Shown piece after piece: positions 28,507-39,060 of a stretch of DNA of 64,000 bases (within the stretch, counting starts at the first letter, position 1; each line of letters begins with the position of its first letter). Location: NCBI GenBank assembly GCA_965199955.1, contig CBDATQ010000002.1, positions 1,088,001 through 1,152,000 of the forward strand, in the 5' to 3' direction. The stretch comes from Spirochaetia bacterium. GTDB lineage: Bacteria; Spirochaetota; Spirochaetia; SZUA-6; Bin103. The position numbers and the translations under genes were made by a program. The notes beneath the pieces are model-generated. The model did no database searches. It was not told the DNA's origin and saw only the letters and a list, made by a program, of their open reading frames with translations.

Positions 28507-28689
28507 CATGCCCACCCCAGCGCGACAGGAGCACGCATGAAGAGACTCGGATTGGAGGCACGCGCGTTTCGGTATGCGTGCCCGCGTTCAGTCCCGAGAC
28601 GGCTCATCGCGATGAGTTTTGAGACTTCGGCTTCCGGTACCGTCCGCCATCCGCTACGCATGAGCGGCGTGCGGTAGACTGATCGACCT

Positions 28690-29961
28690 ATGAGCATGAG
28701 CATTACCACCGACCGGCTGGCGATCGACGGCGGCGCGCCGCTGGTGACGGATCTGCCCGAGCGCGGCCTGATCGGCGCGGAGGAACGCGCCGCCGTGCTG
28801 AGGGTCGTCGATCGGGCGATCGCCGCCGGCGGCGCCATCGAGTACGGGGGACCGGAGGAGGAGGCGTACTGCGCCGAGTTCGCGGCGACCCTCGGCGGCG
28901 GCTACGCCGATGCGGTCAACTCCGGCACCGCGGCCCTGTACGTCGCGCTACGGGCGCTCGGCGTGGAGCCGTTCACGGAGGTGGTGGTGCCGGCGATCAC
29001 CGACCCCGGAGGCATCATGCCGGTGCCGCTGCTGGGCTGCATCCCGGTGGTGGCCGATACCGAGCCCGGTTCCTTCAACTGCGGCCCCGAGCAGATCGAG
29101 GACGTCCTCGGTCCTCTGACCAGCGCCATCGTGGTCGCCCACATCGCCGGCGAGCCGGCGCCGATCGAGGCCATCGCCCGCCTGGCCGAGCGCCACGGCG
29201 TGGCGCTGATCGAGGACTGCGCGCAGGCGCACCGCGCCGCCATCGGCGGCGCGCCGGTCGGGAGCTTCGGCACCGTCGCGACCTTCTCGACGATGTGGGG
29301 CAAGCACCACTCGACCGGCGGGCAGGGCGGCGTGCTGTTCACCCGCGACGCGGAGCTGTACCGCACGATCCGCGGCGCCGCCGACCGCGGCAAGCCGTTC
29401 GGGGACACCCTGCCGGCGGGCCGCAACTACCTGGCGTCGCTCAACTTCAACCTGGACGAGCTGAGCGCCGCGATCGGCCGCGCGCAGCTCGTCAAGCTGC
29501 CGGCGGCGGTGGAGTGCCGCCGCGCGTTCGTGCGTGCGCTGGCCGAGCGCCTCTCCGACGTGCCGTCGGTGCAGGTGCCGGAGCTGCCCGACGGCGCCGA
29601 GGCGTCCTGGTGGTTTCTGCGGCTGCGCTACCGGCCCGCGGGAGGCTGGGACAAGGAGCGCTTCTGCGCGGCGGTCGCCGCGGAGGGGGTGCCGGTCAAC
29701 CCCACCTACGCCGCGCTGCCGGCCACCTACACGTGGTACCGCGACCGTCAGGTGTTCGGGCGGCGGAGCGGCTTTCCGTGGACGGCGGCCGAGTACCGGG
29801 GCGACCCGGATCGCGCCTTCGCGTGTCCGAACGCCCACGCCGCGGTTGCCGAGCACTTCACGATTCCGTTGCGCGAGTCGTGGGGCGAAGCGGAGGCGGC
29901 GAAGATCGCGGCGGCGTTCGCCCGTGTCGACCGCGCCGCGCGCCGGGCGGGAAGCGCGTAG
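28690..29961 (+). CDS. DegT/DnrJ/EryC1/StrS-family PLP aminotransferase
   Basis: NSGTAAL, IEDCAQAH, FS...GKH..TGGQGG. Confidence 0.9.
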   Translation: MSMSITTDRLAIDGGAPLVTDLPERGLIGAEERAAVLRVVDRAIAAGGAIEYGGPEEEAYCAEFAATLGGGYADAVNSGTAALYVALRALGVEPFTEVVVPAITDPGGIMPVPLLGCIPVVADTEPGSFNCGPEQIEDVLGPLTSAIVVAHIAGEPAPIEAIARLAERHGVALIEDCAQAHRAAIGGAPVGSFGTVATFSTMWGKHHSTGGQGGVLFTRDAELYRTIRGAADRGKPFGDTLPAGRNYLASLNFNLDELSAAIGRAQLVKLPAAVECRRAFVRALAERLSDVPSVQVPELPDGAEASWWFLRLRYRPAGGWDKERFCAAVAAEGVPVNPTYAALPATYTWYRDRQVFGRRSGFPWTAAEYRGDPDRAFACPNAHAAVAEHFTIPLRESWGEAEAAKIAAAFARVDRAARRAGSA

Positions 29962-30119
29962 CGCTCACAGCCCGTCAGCGCGCTACGCTGGCGGGAACCC
30001 GGGACGGGCCGGAACGCCTTCCCGCGTCTCCGCGACCACTTGGTCGACGACGGCGCGGAGCGCCTCCAGCTCGGTCGCTCCGTCGACGCGGCGGAGCCGG
30101 TGGGCGCCTGCTCCGTACT

Positions 30120-31211
30120 TCAGTCGATCGTCGACTGCCGGCGGCACTCTTCCATGATGCGCATCTGCCGCAGCACCTGCTCGGCGGTGACCGGCAGCGG
30201 ACCGCCGTCGCGGATGGCGCCGAACAGCTCCCGGTAGTAACGGGCCTCCCCCTCGGCCTCCGGGGCGCCGGCCGCCTTTGCCTCTGCGAGCGTCCAGCGG
30301 TGCTCGACCCAGTCGACCTGCTCCCGGTTGTAGCTGCGGTCCCCGGTCGGCTCGGTGGATAGGTGGCGCTCCGGCCGGCTGCCGGGGCGCACGCAGCGCC
30401 AGGTCAGCTCGCCGTTGCCGCCCACCAGGCCGCCTTCGGAGCCCATGACGTGGAGCATCGGCTGCTCGTAGGCGCAGGTGGAGGTGATCTCGATGTCTAT
30501 GGTGGGCGCGTTCGCGGCATCCGGGTCCGCGGGGTCAGGGGTAAGGACGACCTTGAGATGGTCCTCCGCGTCGCCGAGGGTCTGCACGCAGTCGCTCACG
30601 TACAGCACGCGCGGCTCGCCCGGGCCGAACAGCGTCAGCGCGGCGTCGATCAGGTGGGCGCCGGTGTTGTTGAGCGACCCGCCGCCGAAGCGCCGCAGGG
30701 TCTGCCAGTCCCAGCGCCGCCCGAAGCCGTGGTTGACCAGTCGCACTTGAACGAGGCGCCCGAGCTCGCCTGCGCCCGCGATGGCGAGCACCTTCTGCAG
30801 CTCGGGACGGAAGCGCCAGTTCTGGAAGACCGACAGCAGCCGGCCGGTGGCGTCGCGGACCGCGACCATGCGCTCGGCCTCCTGGAGCGAGGTGGCCATC
30901 GGCTTCTCGCCGACCACGTGGCGGCCGGACTCCAGCGCGGCGATCGCGTACGTGGCGTGCAGGTGGCTCGGAACCGCGACCACGATCAGCTCGACCTCGG
31001 GGTCGGCCAGCAGGTCGTCGAACTCGACGTGGGAACGGCAGCCGAAGCGCTGCTCGGCCTCGGCGCGGCGCTCGGCCAGGTGGTCCTGGACCGCGACCAC
31101 GGTGAATCGCTCGGGCTGCTCGGCGAGCAGCCGGGCGTGGATGCTCCAGCCGCTGCGGCCCAGGCCGGCGATGGCGGCGCGTACGGGGGAGGTGGACGTG
31201 GAGGTGCTCAT
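30120..31211 (-). CDS. Gfo/Idh/MocA oxidoreductase
   Basis: GLGRSG, EKPM, GGG.L.N.G.H.ID. Confidence 0.92.
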   Translation of the reverse strand: MSTSTSTSPVRAAIAGLGRSGWSIHARLLAEQPERFTVVAVQDHLAERRAEAEQRFGCRSHVEFDDLLADPEVELIVVAVPSHLHATYAIAALESGRHVVGEKPMATSLQEAERMVAVRDATGRLLSVFQNWRFRPELQKVLAIAGAGELGRLVQVRLVNHGFGRRWDWQTLRRFGGGSLNNTGAHLIDAALTLFGPGEPRVLYVSDCVQTLGDAEDHLKVVLTPDPADPDAANAPTIDIEITSTCAYEQPMLHVMGSEGGLVGGNGELTWRCVRPGSRPERHLSTEPTGDRSYNREQVDWVEHRWTLAEAKAAGAPEAEGEARYYRELFGAIRDGGPLPVTAEQVLRQMRIMEECRRQSTID

Positions 31212-31308
31212 GACGCACGGATCATAGCCTCACCGGGCCGGCGGTGGCAGGCCGGCCGGCCGGTTGACCGGCTCCGGGCGCGAACGTAGGGTCGGCGGCG
31301 AGCACATC

Positions 31309-32265
31309 GTGGCAGAGTTCCAGGGTCGCCTGTCGAGCACCACCCGCTCCATGCCGGAGCGGATCCTGTTCACCCTGCGGCGCTACTGGTTCGTCTACCT
31401 GCTGATGCTGCCCGGTCTGGCCTGGATCGCGGTGTTCCAGTACGTGCCGATGTACGGCCTGCTGGTCGCCTTCAAGGACTTCAACATCGTCAAGGGCATC
31501 ATGCGGAGCCCGTGGGTGGGCCTGGAGAACTTCCGGATCCTGCTGCAGACACCCCCGTTCTACTTCGCGCTGCGCAACACGCTGATCATCAACCTCTACA
31601 ACCTGGCCTTCGGCTTCACCTTCACAGTGTTCCTGGCGCTGATGCTCAACGAGGTGCGGGTCTCCTGGTACAAGCGCACGGTGCAGACGATGGTCTACTT
31701 TCCCCACTTCGTCTCCTGGGTGGTGATGGGCGTGCTGGTGTCGCGCATGCTCTACCCGGAGCCTGACGGCCCGTTCAACGTCCTGGTCGGCCTGTTCGGG
31801 GTGCAGCCGCGCCACTGGCTGACGGACCCCCAGTACTTCCGCGGCATCGTCGTGTTCGTCAACACCGTCAAGGAGGCAGGCTTCGCCACCATCATCTACC
31901 TGGCGGCGCTGTCCAGCGTGAATCCCGACCTGGTGGAGAGCGCTCACTGCGACGGCGCGCACCGCGGTCACCTGATGCTGCACATCTACCTGCCGCGCAT
32001 CGCGCCGACCATCGCCGTGCTGTTCATCCTGCAGCTTTCCGGCCTGTTCGGCTCCAACTTCGAACTGATGTACAACCTGTACAACCCGGCCGTGTACGAC
32101 GTCGGGGACGTGCTCTCCACCTACCTGTACCGGACCGGGCTTCTGAACAGCAAGTTCGAGCAGGCGACCGCGCTCGGGCTGGTCTTCAACGTGCTCGGGC
32201 TGATTCTGCTGCTGAGCGCCAACCGCGGCATCAGGCGCATGAACGTGATGGGCATCTTCGAATGA
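31309..32265 (+). CDS. Carbohydrate ABC transporter permease (LplB-like)
   Basis: YVPMYG...AFKDF, WVGLENF, PHFVSWVV, IIYLAAL, ESA..DGA; start position uncertain. Confidence 0.92.
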   Translation: MAEFQGRLSSTTRSMPERILFTLRRYWFVYLLMLPGLAWIAVFQYVPMYGLLVAFKDFNIVKGIMRSPWVGLENFRILLQTPPFYFALRNTLIINLYNLAFGFTFTVFLALMLNEVRVSWYKRTVQTMVYFPHFVSWVVMGVLVSRMLYPEPDGPFNVLVGLFGVQPRHWLTDPQYFRGIVVFVNTVKEAGFATIIYLAALSSVNPDLVESAHCDGAHRGHLMLHIYLPRIAPTIAVLFILQLSGLFGSNFELMYNLYNPAVYDVGDVLSTYLYRTGLLNSKFEQATALGLVFNVLGLILLLSANRGIRRMNVMGIFE

Positions 32266-33176
32266 TGACCCGGGGCATGCTCCGCGGCCGCCTGGGCTTC
32301 AACGTGTTCGACGTGTTCGCAGTCGCATTCGTCGGCCTGTTCGCCGTGGTCGCCGTCTACCCGATGTGGTACGTGCTGGTGGTGTCGCTCATGCCGTACG
32401 CCGAGTTCATCCGCACCGACTTCATACTGCTGCCGTCGCTGAACCCGGACCTGACCTTCTACCACGGCATCGTCATCGGCGCTCCACAGCTCTTCCTGCG
32501 CGCCATGTCCGTGTCCATCGTCAAGACCGCCGTCGGGGCAGGCGGCGGCGTCGTGGTCACCGCCATGCTGGCCTACGCCGTGACCAAGCGCCACGTGCCC
32601 GGCACGCGGCTGATCAACGTCCTGATCGTCCTCACCCTGTTCCTCTCCGGCGGCCTGATCCCGCTGTACCTGCTGGTGGTGAAGCTGGGTCTGCTCGGCT
32701 CCGCCCTGTCGCTGGTCCTGGTCACGGGGTTCATCAACACCAGTTATTTCATCATCATGCGCAATTTCTTCTCCTACACCGTGCCAAAGGATCTCGAGGA
32801 TGCCTGCGTGATCGACGGCGCCAACGAGGCGACGACGTTCTTTCGCATCATCCTGCCGATCTCCAAGCCGATGGTCACGGCGATCCTGCTGTTCCTGGCG
32901 GTCTACCATTGGAACGACTGGGTCAGTTGGCTGTATTTCGTGCGCGACGCAACGTTCGCGCCATTCGCGGTCCTGCTGCGCAGGGTGCTGGAGCGGCCGA
33001 CGGTCTTCTTCGACTCGGCGGCCGGGCAGCGCTTCATCGAGGACGAGGGCTGGATTCCGCCCAGGCAGCTCGTGATGGCGACCGTCGTGCTGGCCATGCT
33101 GCCGATCATGATGCTGTACCCGTTCCTGCAGCGGCACTTCGCCAAGGGCATCCTGATCGGCGCCGTCAAGGAGTAG
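32262..33176 (+). CDS. Carbohydrate ABC transporter permease (LplC-like)
   Basis: SGGLIP.Y, LEDAC.IDGA, HWND, YPFLQRHFAKG...GAVKE. Confidence 0.92.
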   Translation: MMTRGMLRGRLGFNVFDVFAVAFVGLFAVVAVYPMWYVLVVSLMPYAEFIRTDFILLPSLNPDLTFYHGIVIGAPQLFLRAMSVSIVKTAVGAGGGVVVTAMLAYAVTKRHVPGTRLINVLIVLTLFLSGGLIPLYLLVVKLGLLGSALSLVLVTGFINTSYFIIMRNFFSYTVPKDLEDACVIDGANEATTFFRIILPISKPMVTAILLFLAVYHWNDWVSWLYFVRDATFAPFAVLLRRVLERPTVFFDSAAGQRFIEDEGWIPPRQLVMATVVLAMLPIMMLYPFLQRHFAKGILIGAVKE

Positions 33177-33203
33177 CCGAGCCGCCGGGCGAGCGGTGCG
33201 TGC

Positions 33204-34820
33204 TCAGGCTGGCACGATCGTCACGTCCACCTCGTCGACGACGATCGGATCCGGGTCCGGCACCGTGCCGACGTCCACCATCCCGGAGAACAGCAGCGTC
33301 AGCGTGAGATCGTTGTCGCCGCGCGCCACCAGCTCCGGGGCCAGGTCGATGACGCAGGTGGTGTGCGGCGGCAGCGGCCTGCCCGCCTGCGCCGGGCGCC
33401 CTTCGCGGTGGTACACGCGGCGGAGTTGCCCGGCCGGAACCTCCGTGCCATTGAGGCGCACGGCGATCCGGTCGGCCGATCCCAGGCCGACGGCGCGCAG
33501 GAACAACGTGGCGCTGGCGGTCTGCTCGACCTCCTCGAACAGCCGGAACCGGTAGCTCGCCGACGGACTGCCCGGCTCGCGCGGCAGGAGGAGCTCCTGG
33601 TCCTTCACCGTCCCGCACACGTTGGTGCCGGACGGGCTGATGCCGTGGTAGCCGCCCCACATCGAGCGGTAGGTGTAGTGACGGACGCCGTCGGCCACCC
33701 GCTGCGGGTCGCGCGCCTCGCGCAGCAGGCGGAAGGACGCAGGCCAGCCGGTCTCCGCGCCGCGCTTGCCGGAACGGAACCCGCCCCAGTGCTTCTGGAA
33801 GTTGTAGACGGACATGCCGTCGGCGCCCTGCTGGCGCAGGGCGTGCGCCAGCGCGCGGTAGTTCTCCGCCGTCGCCGGCGGACCGAAGCTCTCGCGCGAG
33901 CAGCAATACGGCTGCACGCCGGGGTAGAGCCGGCACGGAGTCCCGGCGGTGAGAGCGCGGAATTCCTCGTAGGCGGCGTTGAAGTCCGTGAACGACGAAT
34001 CCATCGGAGCGACGAAGTCGACCAGCCCGCCGCCGATCCACGCGGGCACGTCCAGCCCGAGAACATGGCAGTCCTCCAGGGTCTCCGGCACCAGCACGCC
34101 CAGCTCCAGCCGCCGCCCGCGCGCGTCGCCGTGCTCGTCGAGCATCGCGCGCAGCCGCTCGATCAGGCCGGTCATCAGCGGTTGCCGCTCGCGGGCCGGG
34201 CTCCGGTCGCCGCCGGGGGCGGGGAAGTAGAGGCCGTCACGCATGGTGAGCAGCACGCCGTCCACGTCGAAACGCGAGGCCACCTCGGCGACGACGCCGT
34301 AGAGGTAGTCGCGCACCTCCGGGACCGTGAAGTCCATCCGGTTGCCCGGCAGGAAGGCGCCGCCGGGCGGCACGTCGGTGATCTTCCACTGCGGGTTGCG
34401 GTGCAGGAACATGCCGCCCTGGTCCGGCGCGCCGTGGTTGTCGTTGACCCGGAACCCGGCCAGGCAGCGCATGCCGCGCTCCCGGCAGCGCTCCAGCATC
34501 ACCTGCAGGGGCATGATGCCGTCGTCCATCATCGGCAGGAACCGGCGGTGCTGCGGGCGCGCGTCGTACTCGAAGCGCTCGGAGCGGAAGTACATCGTCC
34601 AGCCGGCGTTGTAGACCTCCTGCACGAACACGTCGGCGGCGCTGGTGGCCACGTGGTCGATGAACGTGCGGAGCTCTTCCGGCCTGGCCGGGTGCGAGGT
34701 GATCAGGGGGCGGGCGTCGCCGGGGTCGAAGTCGTAGTTGCACACGTTGGACGGATCGCTGACGTAGACCAGCTCCCAGTCCCGCGGCGGCCTGGTGTCG
34801 GGGGGCGTGGCAGAGGGCAT
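33204..34820 (-). CDS. Glycosyl hydrolase-like 10 (GHL10/DUF187-type) TIM-barrel protein
   Basis: FRVNDNH, MDF..PEVR, FDVDGV.L, GLDV..W...LVD, GADG...YNF; GGAG 8 nt before ATG 34820. Confidence 0.7.
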   Translation of the reverse strand: MPSATPPDTRPPRDWELVYVSDPSNVCNYDFDPGDARPLITSHPARPEELRTFIDHVATSAADVFVQEVYNAGWTMYFRSERFEYDARPQHRRFLPMMDDGIMPLQVMLERCRERGMRCLAGFRVNDNHGAPDQGGMFLHRNPQWKITDVPPGGAFLPGNRMDFTVPEVRDYLYGVVAEVASRFDVDGVLLTMRDGLYFPAPGGDRSPARERQPLMTGLIERLRAMLDEHGDARGRRLELGVLVPETLEDCHVLGLDVPAWIGGGLVDFVAPMDSSFTDFNAAYEEFRALTAGTPCRLYPGVQPYCCSRESFGPPATAENYRALAHALRQQGADGMSVYNFQKHWGGFRSGKRGAETGWPASFRLLREARDPQRVADGVRHYTYRSMWGGYHGISPSGTNVCGTVKDQELLLPREPGSPSASYRFRLFEEVEQTASATLFLRAVGLGSADRIAVRLNGTEVPAGQLRRVYHREGRPAQAGRPLPPHTTCVIDLAPELVARGDNDLTLTLLFSGMVDVGTVPDPDPIVVDEVDVTIVPA

Positions 34821-34842
34821 CGTCGTCACTCCGGAGGCCCTG

Positions 34843-37023
34843 CTACTCGGGCGACCACGTGGTGGCGTGGACGCCCTCGTCGCGAGCTCCGGCCCACAGC
34901 GTCAGCACGCGGCCGTCGCGCAGCAGCACCGAGCTGGTGCGAGCGTCCATGGGGTGGTAGGCCAGGATATAGGGCTCCGGGTCCCACGTCCGTCCGCCGT
35001 CGGGGCTGACCAGCGCGCGGGGACCGCCGACGGCGTCCTTGTGGTCGTAGGTCAGCACGACGCGGCCGTCGGGCAGGCCGACGGCATCCGCGGACACCAT
35101 GTGCAGGCGGGTGACCAGGAACGGGGTGGTCCAGTCGTAGCCGCCGTTGCCGGAGAACATGATGGCTTCGTTCTTGTAGCGACCCGGTCCGACCCGGTTG
35201 AGCGAGGGCGCCGGCCACCTCTCGTGGCCGCCCCCCTGCCCGGCGGTCGCGTCGAACAGGTCCGGGTGCAGGTATTCTCGCTGGAAGCGGGTCGCGCAGA
35301 GCAACTCGCCCGACGGAAGCTCCAGGAGGTTCGACTCGCAGCAGCCGGGCGGCAGCACCGTCCAGTCGCCCCAGGTTCTGCCGTCGTCGTGCGAGCGCAG
35401 CAGGACGTCCCCCTCGTATCCGGCCCGGCGCGTGGCATCGTTCCAGGCGTTGCCGCAGAAGCAGATCACGGTGCCGGAGGCGAGTTGCACGATGCGGCTG
35501 CCGTCGCCCTGACCGCAGTAGCGCGTCGGCCGGGGCGCCAGCTCGGAGTCCGTCCAGGTCCGTCCGCCGTCGTCGCTGCGCGCCACGCGGGGCTCGCGCG
35601 TCGGGAACGTGCCGCGCGCCGGATCGGCGTCATCGATCAGCGCGGCGTAGCTCGCCAGGAAGGTGCCGGCGCCGGTCACCCCGAACCCGAACACCGCCGG
35701 ATCGCGTCCCGACAGCGGGATCTGGGCCAGGAAGCTCCACGTGCGGCCCTCGTCGGTGGAGCGATGGATGCGGCAGTCGCGGCTGGAGTAGACCAGGCGG
35801 CCGTCGGGGTGGCGGCAGACGACCGCGCCCTTGCCGCCGGCCCCGGCGAAGTAACGGTGCTCGGCCGCCACGCGCCGGCAGGCCACCATCTCGAAGTTCT
35901 CGACATAGTCGCCGCCCTCGTAGCGGTCGTCCGGGCGCATGCGCACCATGCCGTTGTCCAGGTAACCGCGGGCGTCGATCTTGTCGGTCCACAGATTGGG
36001 GTAGACCAGCGGCGGCTTGGCCAGGCCTTCCGGGGTCCAGCGGACCACGCCGATCGCCGGCCGGCGGCCCCACTCGTCCATGCCGGGGCCGTAGATGGTG
36101 GGCGCATACGACCCCAGCGCCGCGCAGCGGTGGAAGGCGGACACGATCGCGCCGTCCGCGGTCACGACGGTGGCGGCGCTCACGCCCGCGCCGGCCAGCA
36201 CCGGGCGCGCCTTCTCGCGGATGGCGTACCGGCTGAGCGCGAGCACGTACACCTCGTCCCCCCAGTACGTGCCGGCGTCGCCGGGGGGTGAACCGACGAC
36301 CGCACGCGCGCCGTAGGGGAAGTGCGGCATGCCGTAGCTCAGCACCAGGCGGCCGTCGGGAAGCTCCGCCAGCGGTGCGGGCAGCGGCGTGAATCCTTCC
36401 GGCACGTTCCAGGTGGCGCCGCCGTCATCGGATTCGCCCAGAGCGATCTCGCCCGCGGCTCCGCCGACGGGGGCGACCAGCCGGCCGAAGCCGAGCTGCA
36501 GCGGGTGCAGCGTTCCCCATCCGCCCGGAAGCTCGGCCGCGGGCTCCCACGCCGTGCCGCCGTCGGTCGAGCGCAGGATGCGTCCCGGCAGGCAGAGCAG
36601 CAGCGCGCTGTCGGCCAAGGCGGTCAGGCACACGCGCGAGGATTCGGACAGTTCCAGGTTCAGGGTGGCGACCACCCGCCACGGTCCCGCGGGCTCGCCG
36701 GCGCCCAGGATCGTCACGGCTCCGCTCCGATGGACGGCGGCGAGGAACGTCCCGTCCCGTCCGGCGGTCAGGGCCAGGACCGCGGCACCCGCCGCCGCGG
36801 GCGTCGCCAAATCGGCAAGCTGTGACCAGGTCACGCCGCCGTCGTCGCTGTGCGCCAGTGACCCACCGCGGCCCGCGAGCACGAGCGCATCTCCCTGCCG
36901 GCAGAGCAGTGGATCGGCGTCGCCGAACAGCACTTCCTGCCGCTCGACGCGCAGCCGGCGGTAGCGCAGCACGTGGCTTTCGGCGTGATCGGACTCGAAG
37001 TGTTCCTTCATGTGGGAGTGCAT
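34843..37023 (-). CDS. BNR/Asp-box repeat (sialidase-like) double propeller
   Basis: Repeated S.D.G.TW Asp boxes (SDDGGVTW, STDGGTAW, SDDGGATW, STDEGRTW, SDDGGRTW, SHDDGRTW, SPDGGRTW). Confidence 0.85.
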   Translation of the reverse strand: MHSHMKEHFESDHAESHVLRYRRLRVERQEVLFGDADPLLCRQGDALVLAGRGGSLAHSDDGGVTWSQLADLATPAAAGAAVLALTAGRDGTFLAAVHRSGAVTILGAGEPAGPWRVVATLNLELSESSRVCLTALADSALLLCLPGRILRSTDGGTAWEPAAELPGGWGTLHPLQLGFGRLVAPVGGAAGEIALGESDDGGATWNVPEGFTPLPAPLAELPDGRLVLSYGMPHFPYGARAVVGSPPGDAGTYWGDEVYVLALSRYAIREKARPVLAGAGVSAATVVTADGAIVSAFHRCAALGSYAPTIYGPGMDEWGRRPAIGVVRWTPEGLAKPPLVYPNLWTDKIDARGYLDNGMVRMRPDDRYEGGDYVENFEMVACRRVAAEHRYFAGAGGKGAVVCRHPDGRLVYSSRDCRIHRSTDEGRTWSFLAQIPLSGRDPAVFGFGVTGAGTFLASYAALIDDADPARGTFPTREPRVARSDDGGRTWTDSELAPRPTRYCGQGDGSRIVQLASGTVICFCGNAWNDATRRAGYEGDVLLRSHDDGRTWGDWTVLPPGCCESNLLELPSGELLCATRFQREYLHPDLFDATAGQGGGHERWPAPSLNRVGPGRYKNEAIMFSGNGGYDWTTPFLVTRLHMVSADAVGLPDGRVVLTYDHKDAVGGPRALVSPDGGRTWDPEPYILAYHPMDARTSSVLLRDGRVLTLWAGARDEGVHATTWSPE

Positions 37024-37139
37024 GCCGGGACTATACGGCGATCAAAGATCGAGATGCAGGCCCCATCGCGCCGGATCGGTCCAGACAGATCTGGACGACC
37101 GCCCGTCGAGCGGGTACCGTTCAGTTTCGGAGGTAACGC

Positions 37140-38957
37140 ATGGCTAACGCACGCAGGCTGCTGTCTCTTCTGTTGATAGCAGCGTTCGTACTTGCTGGTG
37201 TCCATGTCTTTGCCGCCGCCCAGGACGAAGGGGCTGCGGGCGACATGGAACGGGTATCCATCGGCATGATGTACCGGGGCTGGGACTCGTCCGGCTGGGA
37301 CGCGGATCTGATCGCGCAGGATCGGGTCTGGGGCTACATCGAGGACAAGTTCAACATCGACTTCAGGATCGAGTACGGCGGCAGCGGAGACATCATCGTC
37401 GCATCGATGGCCGCCGGCACCGCGCCGGACATCGTGATGATGTGGCCCGGCCACCCGTGGCTGGGGATCCCGACTTGGCAGAGCTGGATCAACGACGGGC
37501 TGCTCACCAACCTGAACGACCTGGTCTCCGCCGATCCGGACCGCTATCCGGTCATCAACACGATCTTCCAGGATCCGGTGTACCGGCTGTACAACATCGT
37601 GCAGAACGGAGGAGTCGACAACTACCACGCGCTCATGACCGGCAACCGCTTCAAGCCGATCACTGACAGCGCGATCATTTACAACGGCTTCATGCTCGAC
37701 GATCTCGGCCTGGAGGTCCCGGCGACCTACGACGAGCAGATCACGGCCATGCGGATGGCGCGTGACAAGCTCGGCGCTACCGGCTTCGGCTGGCCGACCT
37801 ACAAGGGCACCCACTGGAAGGGCCTCAACTACCTGTACTTTCAGACGCAAGGACAGGAGCTGGACGGCTACCACCAGGACGCGGACGGCAACTGGTATGA
37901 CGCGGCGGTCGATCCGGGCAACAAGGCGATCTGGGCGACGGTGGCGGAGCATGCCGGCGAGCAGCTCCTCTATCCGGGGTGGCTGACCGGCGAGCTGTTC
38001 GAATACATCGATCAGCTCGTTGCCGGCAAGCACCTGTCCGGCCTGTACAAGGGCCCGCGGCCCGACGGCTACATGGCGCACTTCGAGAAGTTCGTGACCG
38101 CCAACCCGGGGGCCACGCTGGCGGACTTCCCGCAGGGGCTGCACCCGATCAGCGGTCCCGGCGGCCGCGCGCACGACGACGCGGTGCCGCTGAACATCTA
38201 CCGGGCTACCGCCATTCCGGCCTTCTCCGAGAACCCCGACCGGGCGCTGGACCTGCTCGAGTGGTGGGTCAGCGAGGAAGGGCAGGTCGCGCGCTGGTTC
38301 GGGATCAGGGGCATCCACTTCACCAAGGATGACTTCAGCGACTTCGACGCGGAGGAGTTCCTCAAGGACCAGTCGTGGAACCCCGATGTTGCGGGGAAGA
38401 CGCTCGCCGAGGTCATGGTGGAACGCCCCGGGGACCTGATGTTCCTGCCGGGCGCGGCCACATCCAACTACGACAACGGCATCGTGCCGTTCGCGGAGAC
38501 CGGTAGCTGGTTCGAGGCCTACCAGAGCCTCAGGGACGTCCGCACCGAGCGCACGAACGCGGCGCTGGCGGTCCCCGACGGTGTCGAGTGCTCGGCGCCG
38601 TTCACGGCGGTCTGGGAAGGCGGCGGCTGCGCGGCGTGCACGGGACCCGAGCCGCCGAAGTGGTGCCAGTTCCAGGCCGGGAACGAGCTCTGGCACAGGT
38701 TCCTGGCCGAGGGCTGGGAAGGCTGGCCGCAGTACGTGGACCTGGTAGCCCCCAGCGAGGAGGAGCAGCAGGTCCAGGCCGCGCTGACCGACATCAAGAA
38801 CAAGTGGTGGGTCGCGTTCGTGCTGGGCAACAAGGACGTGGAAGCCGACTGGGACACCTTCGTCGCCGAGTACAACGAGGCGGGCGGCAAGATGCTGTTC
38901 GACAGTTGGAACGCCAAGCTTGCCGATGCCAAGGCAACCTGGGACAGCATCCAGTAG
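37140..38957 (+). CDS. Extracellular solute-binding protein (sugar ABC, LplA-like)
   Basis: Signal peptide, AAG..PD, FGIRG.H, WD.FV.E...AGG C-terminus; GGAGG ribosome-binding site. Confidence 0.88.
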   Translation: MANARRLLSLLLIAAFVLAGVHVFAAAQDEGAAGDMERVSIGMMYRGWDSSGWDADLIAQDRVWGYIEDKFNIDFRIEYGGSGDIIVASMAAGTAPDIVMMWPGHPWLGIPTWQSWINDGLLTNLNDLVSADPDRYPVINTIFQDPVYRLYNIVQNGGVDNYHALMTGNRFKPITDSAIIYNGFMLDDLGLEVPATYDEQITAMRMARDKLGATGFGWPTYKGTHWKGLNYLYFQTQGQELDGYHQDADGNWYDAAVDPGNKAIWATVAEHAGEQLLYPGWLTGELFEYIDQLVAGKHLSGLYKGPRPDGYMAHFEKFVTANPGATLADFPQGLHPISGPGGRAHDDAVPLNIYRATAIPAFSENPDRALDLLEWWVSEEGQVARWFGIRGIHFTKDDFSDFDAEEFLKDQSWNPDVAGKTLAEVMVERPGDLMFLPGAATSNYDNGIVPFAETGSWFEAYQSLRDVRTERTNAALAVPDGVECSAPFTAVWEGGGCAACTGPEPPKWCQFQAGNELWHRFLAEGWEGWPQYVDLVAPSEEEQQVQAALTDIKNKWWVAFVLGNKDVEADWDTFVAEYNEAGGKMLFDSWNAKLADAKATWDSIQ

Positions 38958-39060
38958 TCGCATCCGGGCCATCGGGGTGAGCACTCGCGCGCGGGCGCTT
39001 CATCCTCGATCGAGCGGCGCATCCGTCAGGGGTGCGCCGCTTTCCGTTAAGTGCTTCCTC

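Noticed and set aside
29962..30119. Several GC-rich hairpins between convergent genes as a novel RNA
   Set aside because: Short stems are expected at this GC content and are adequately explained as termination structures.
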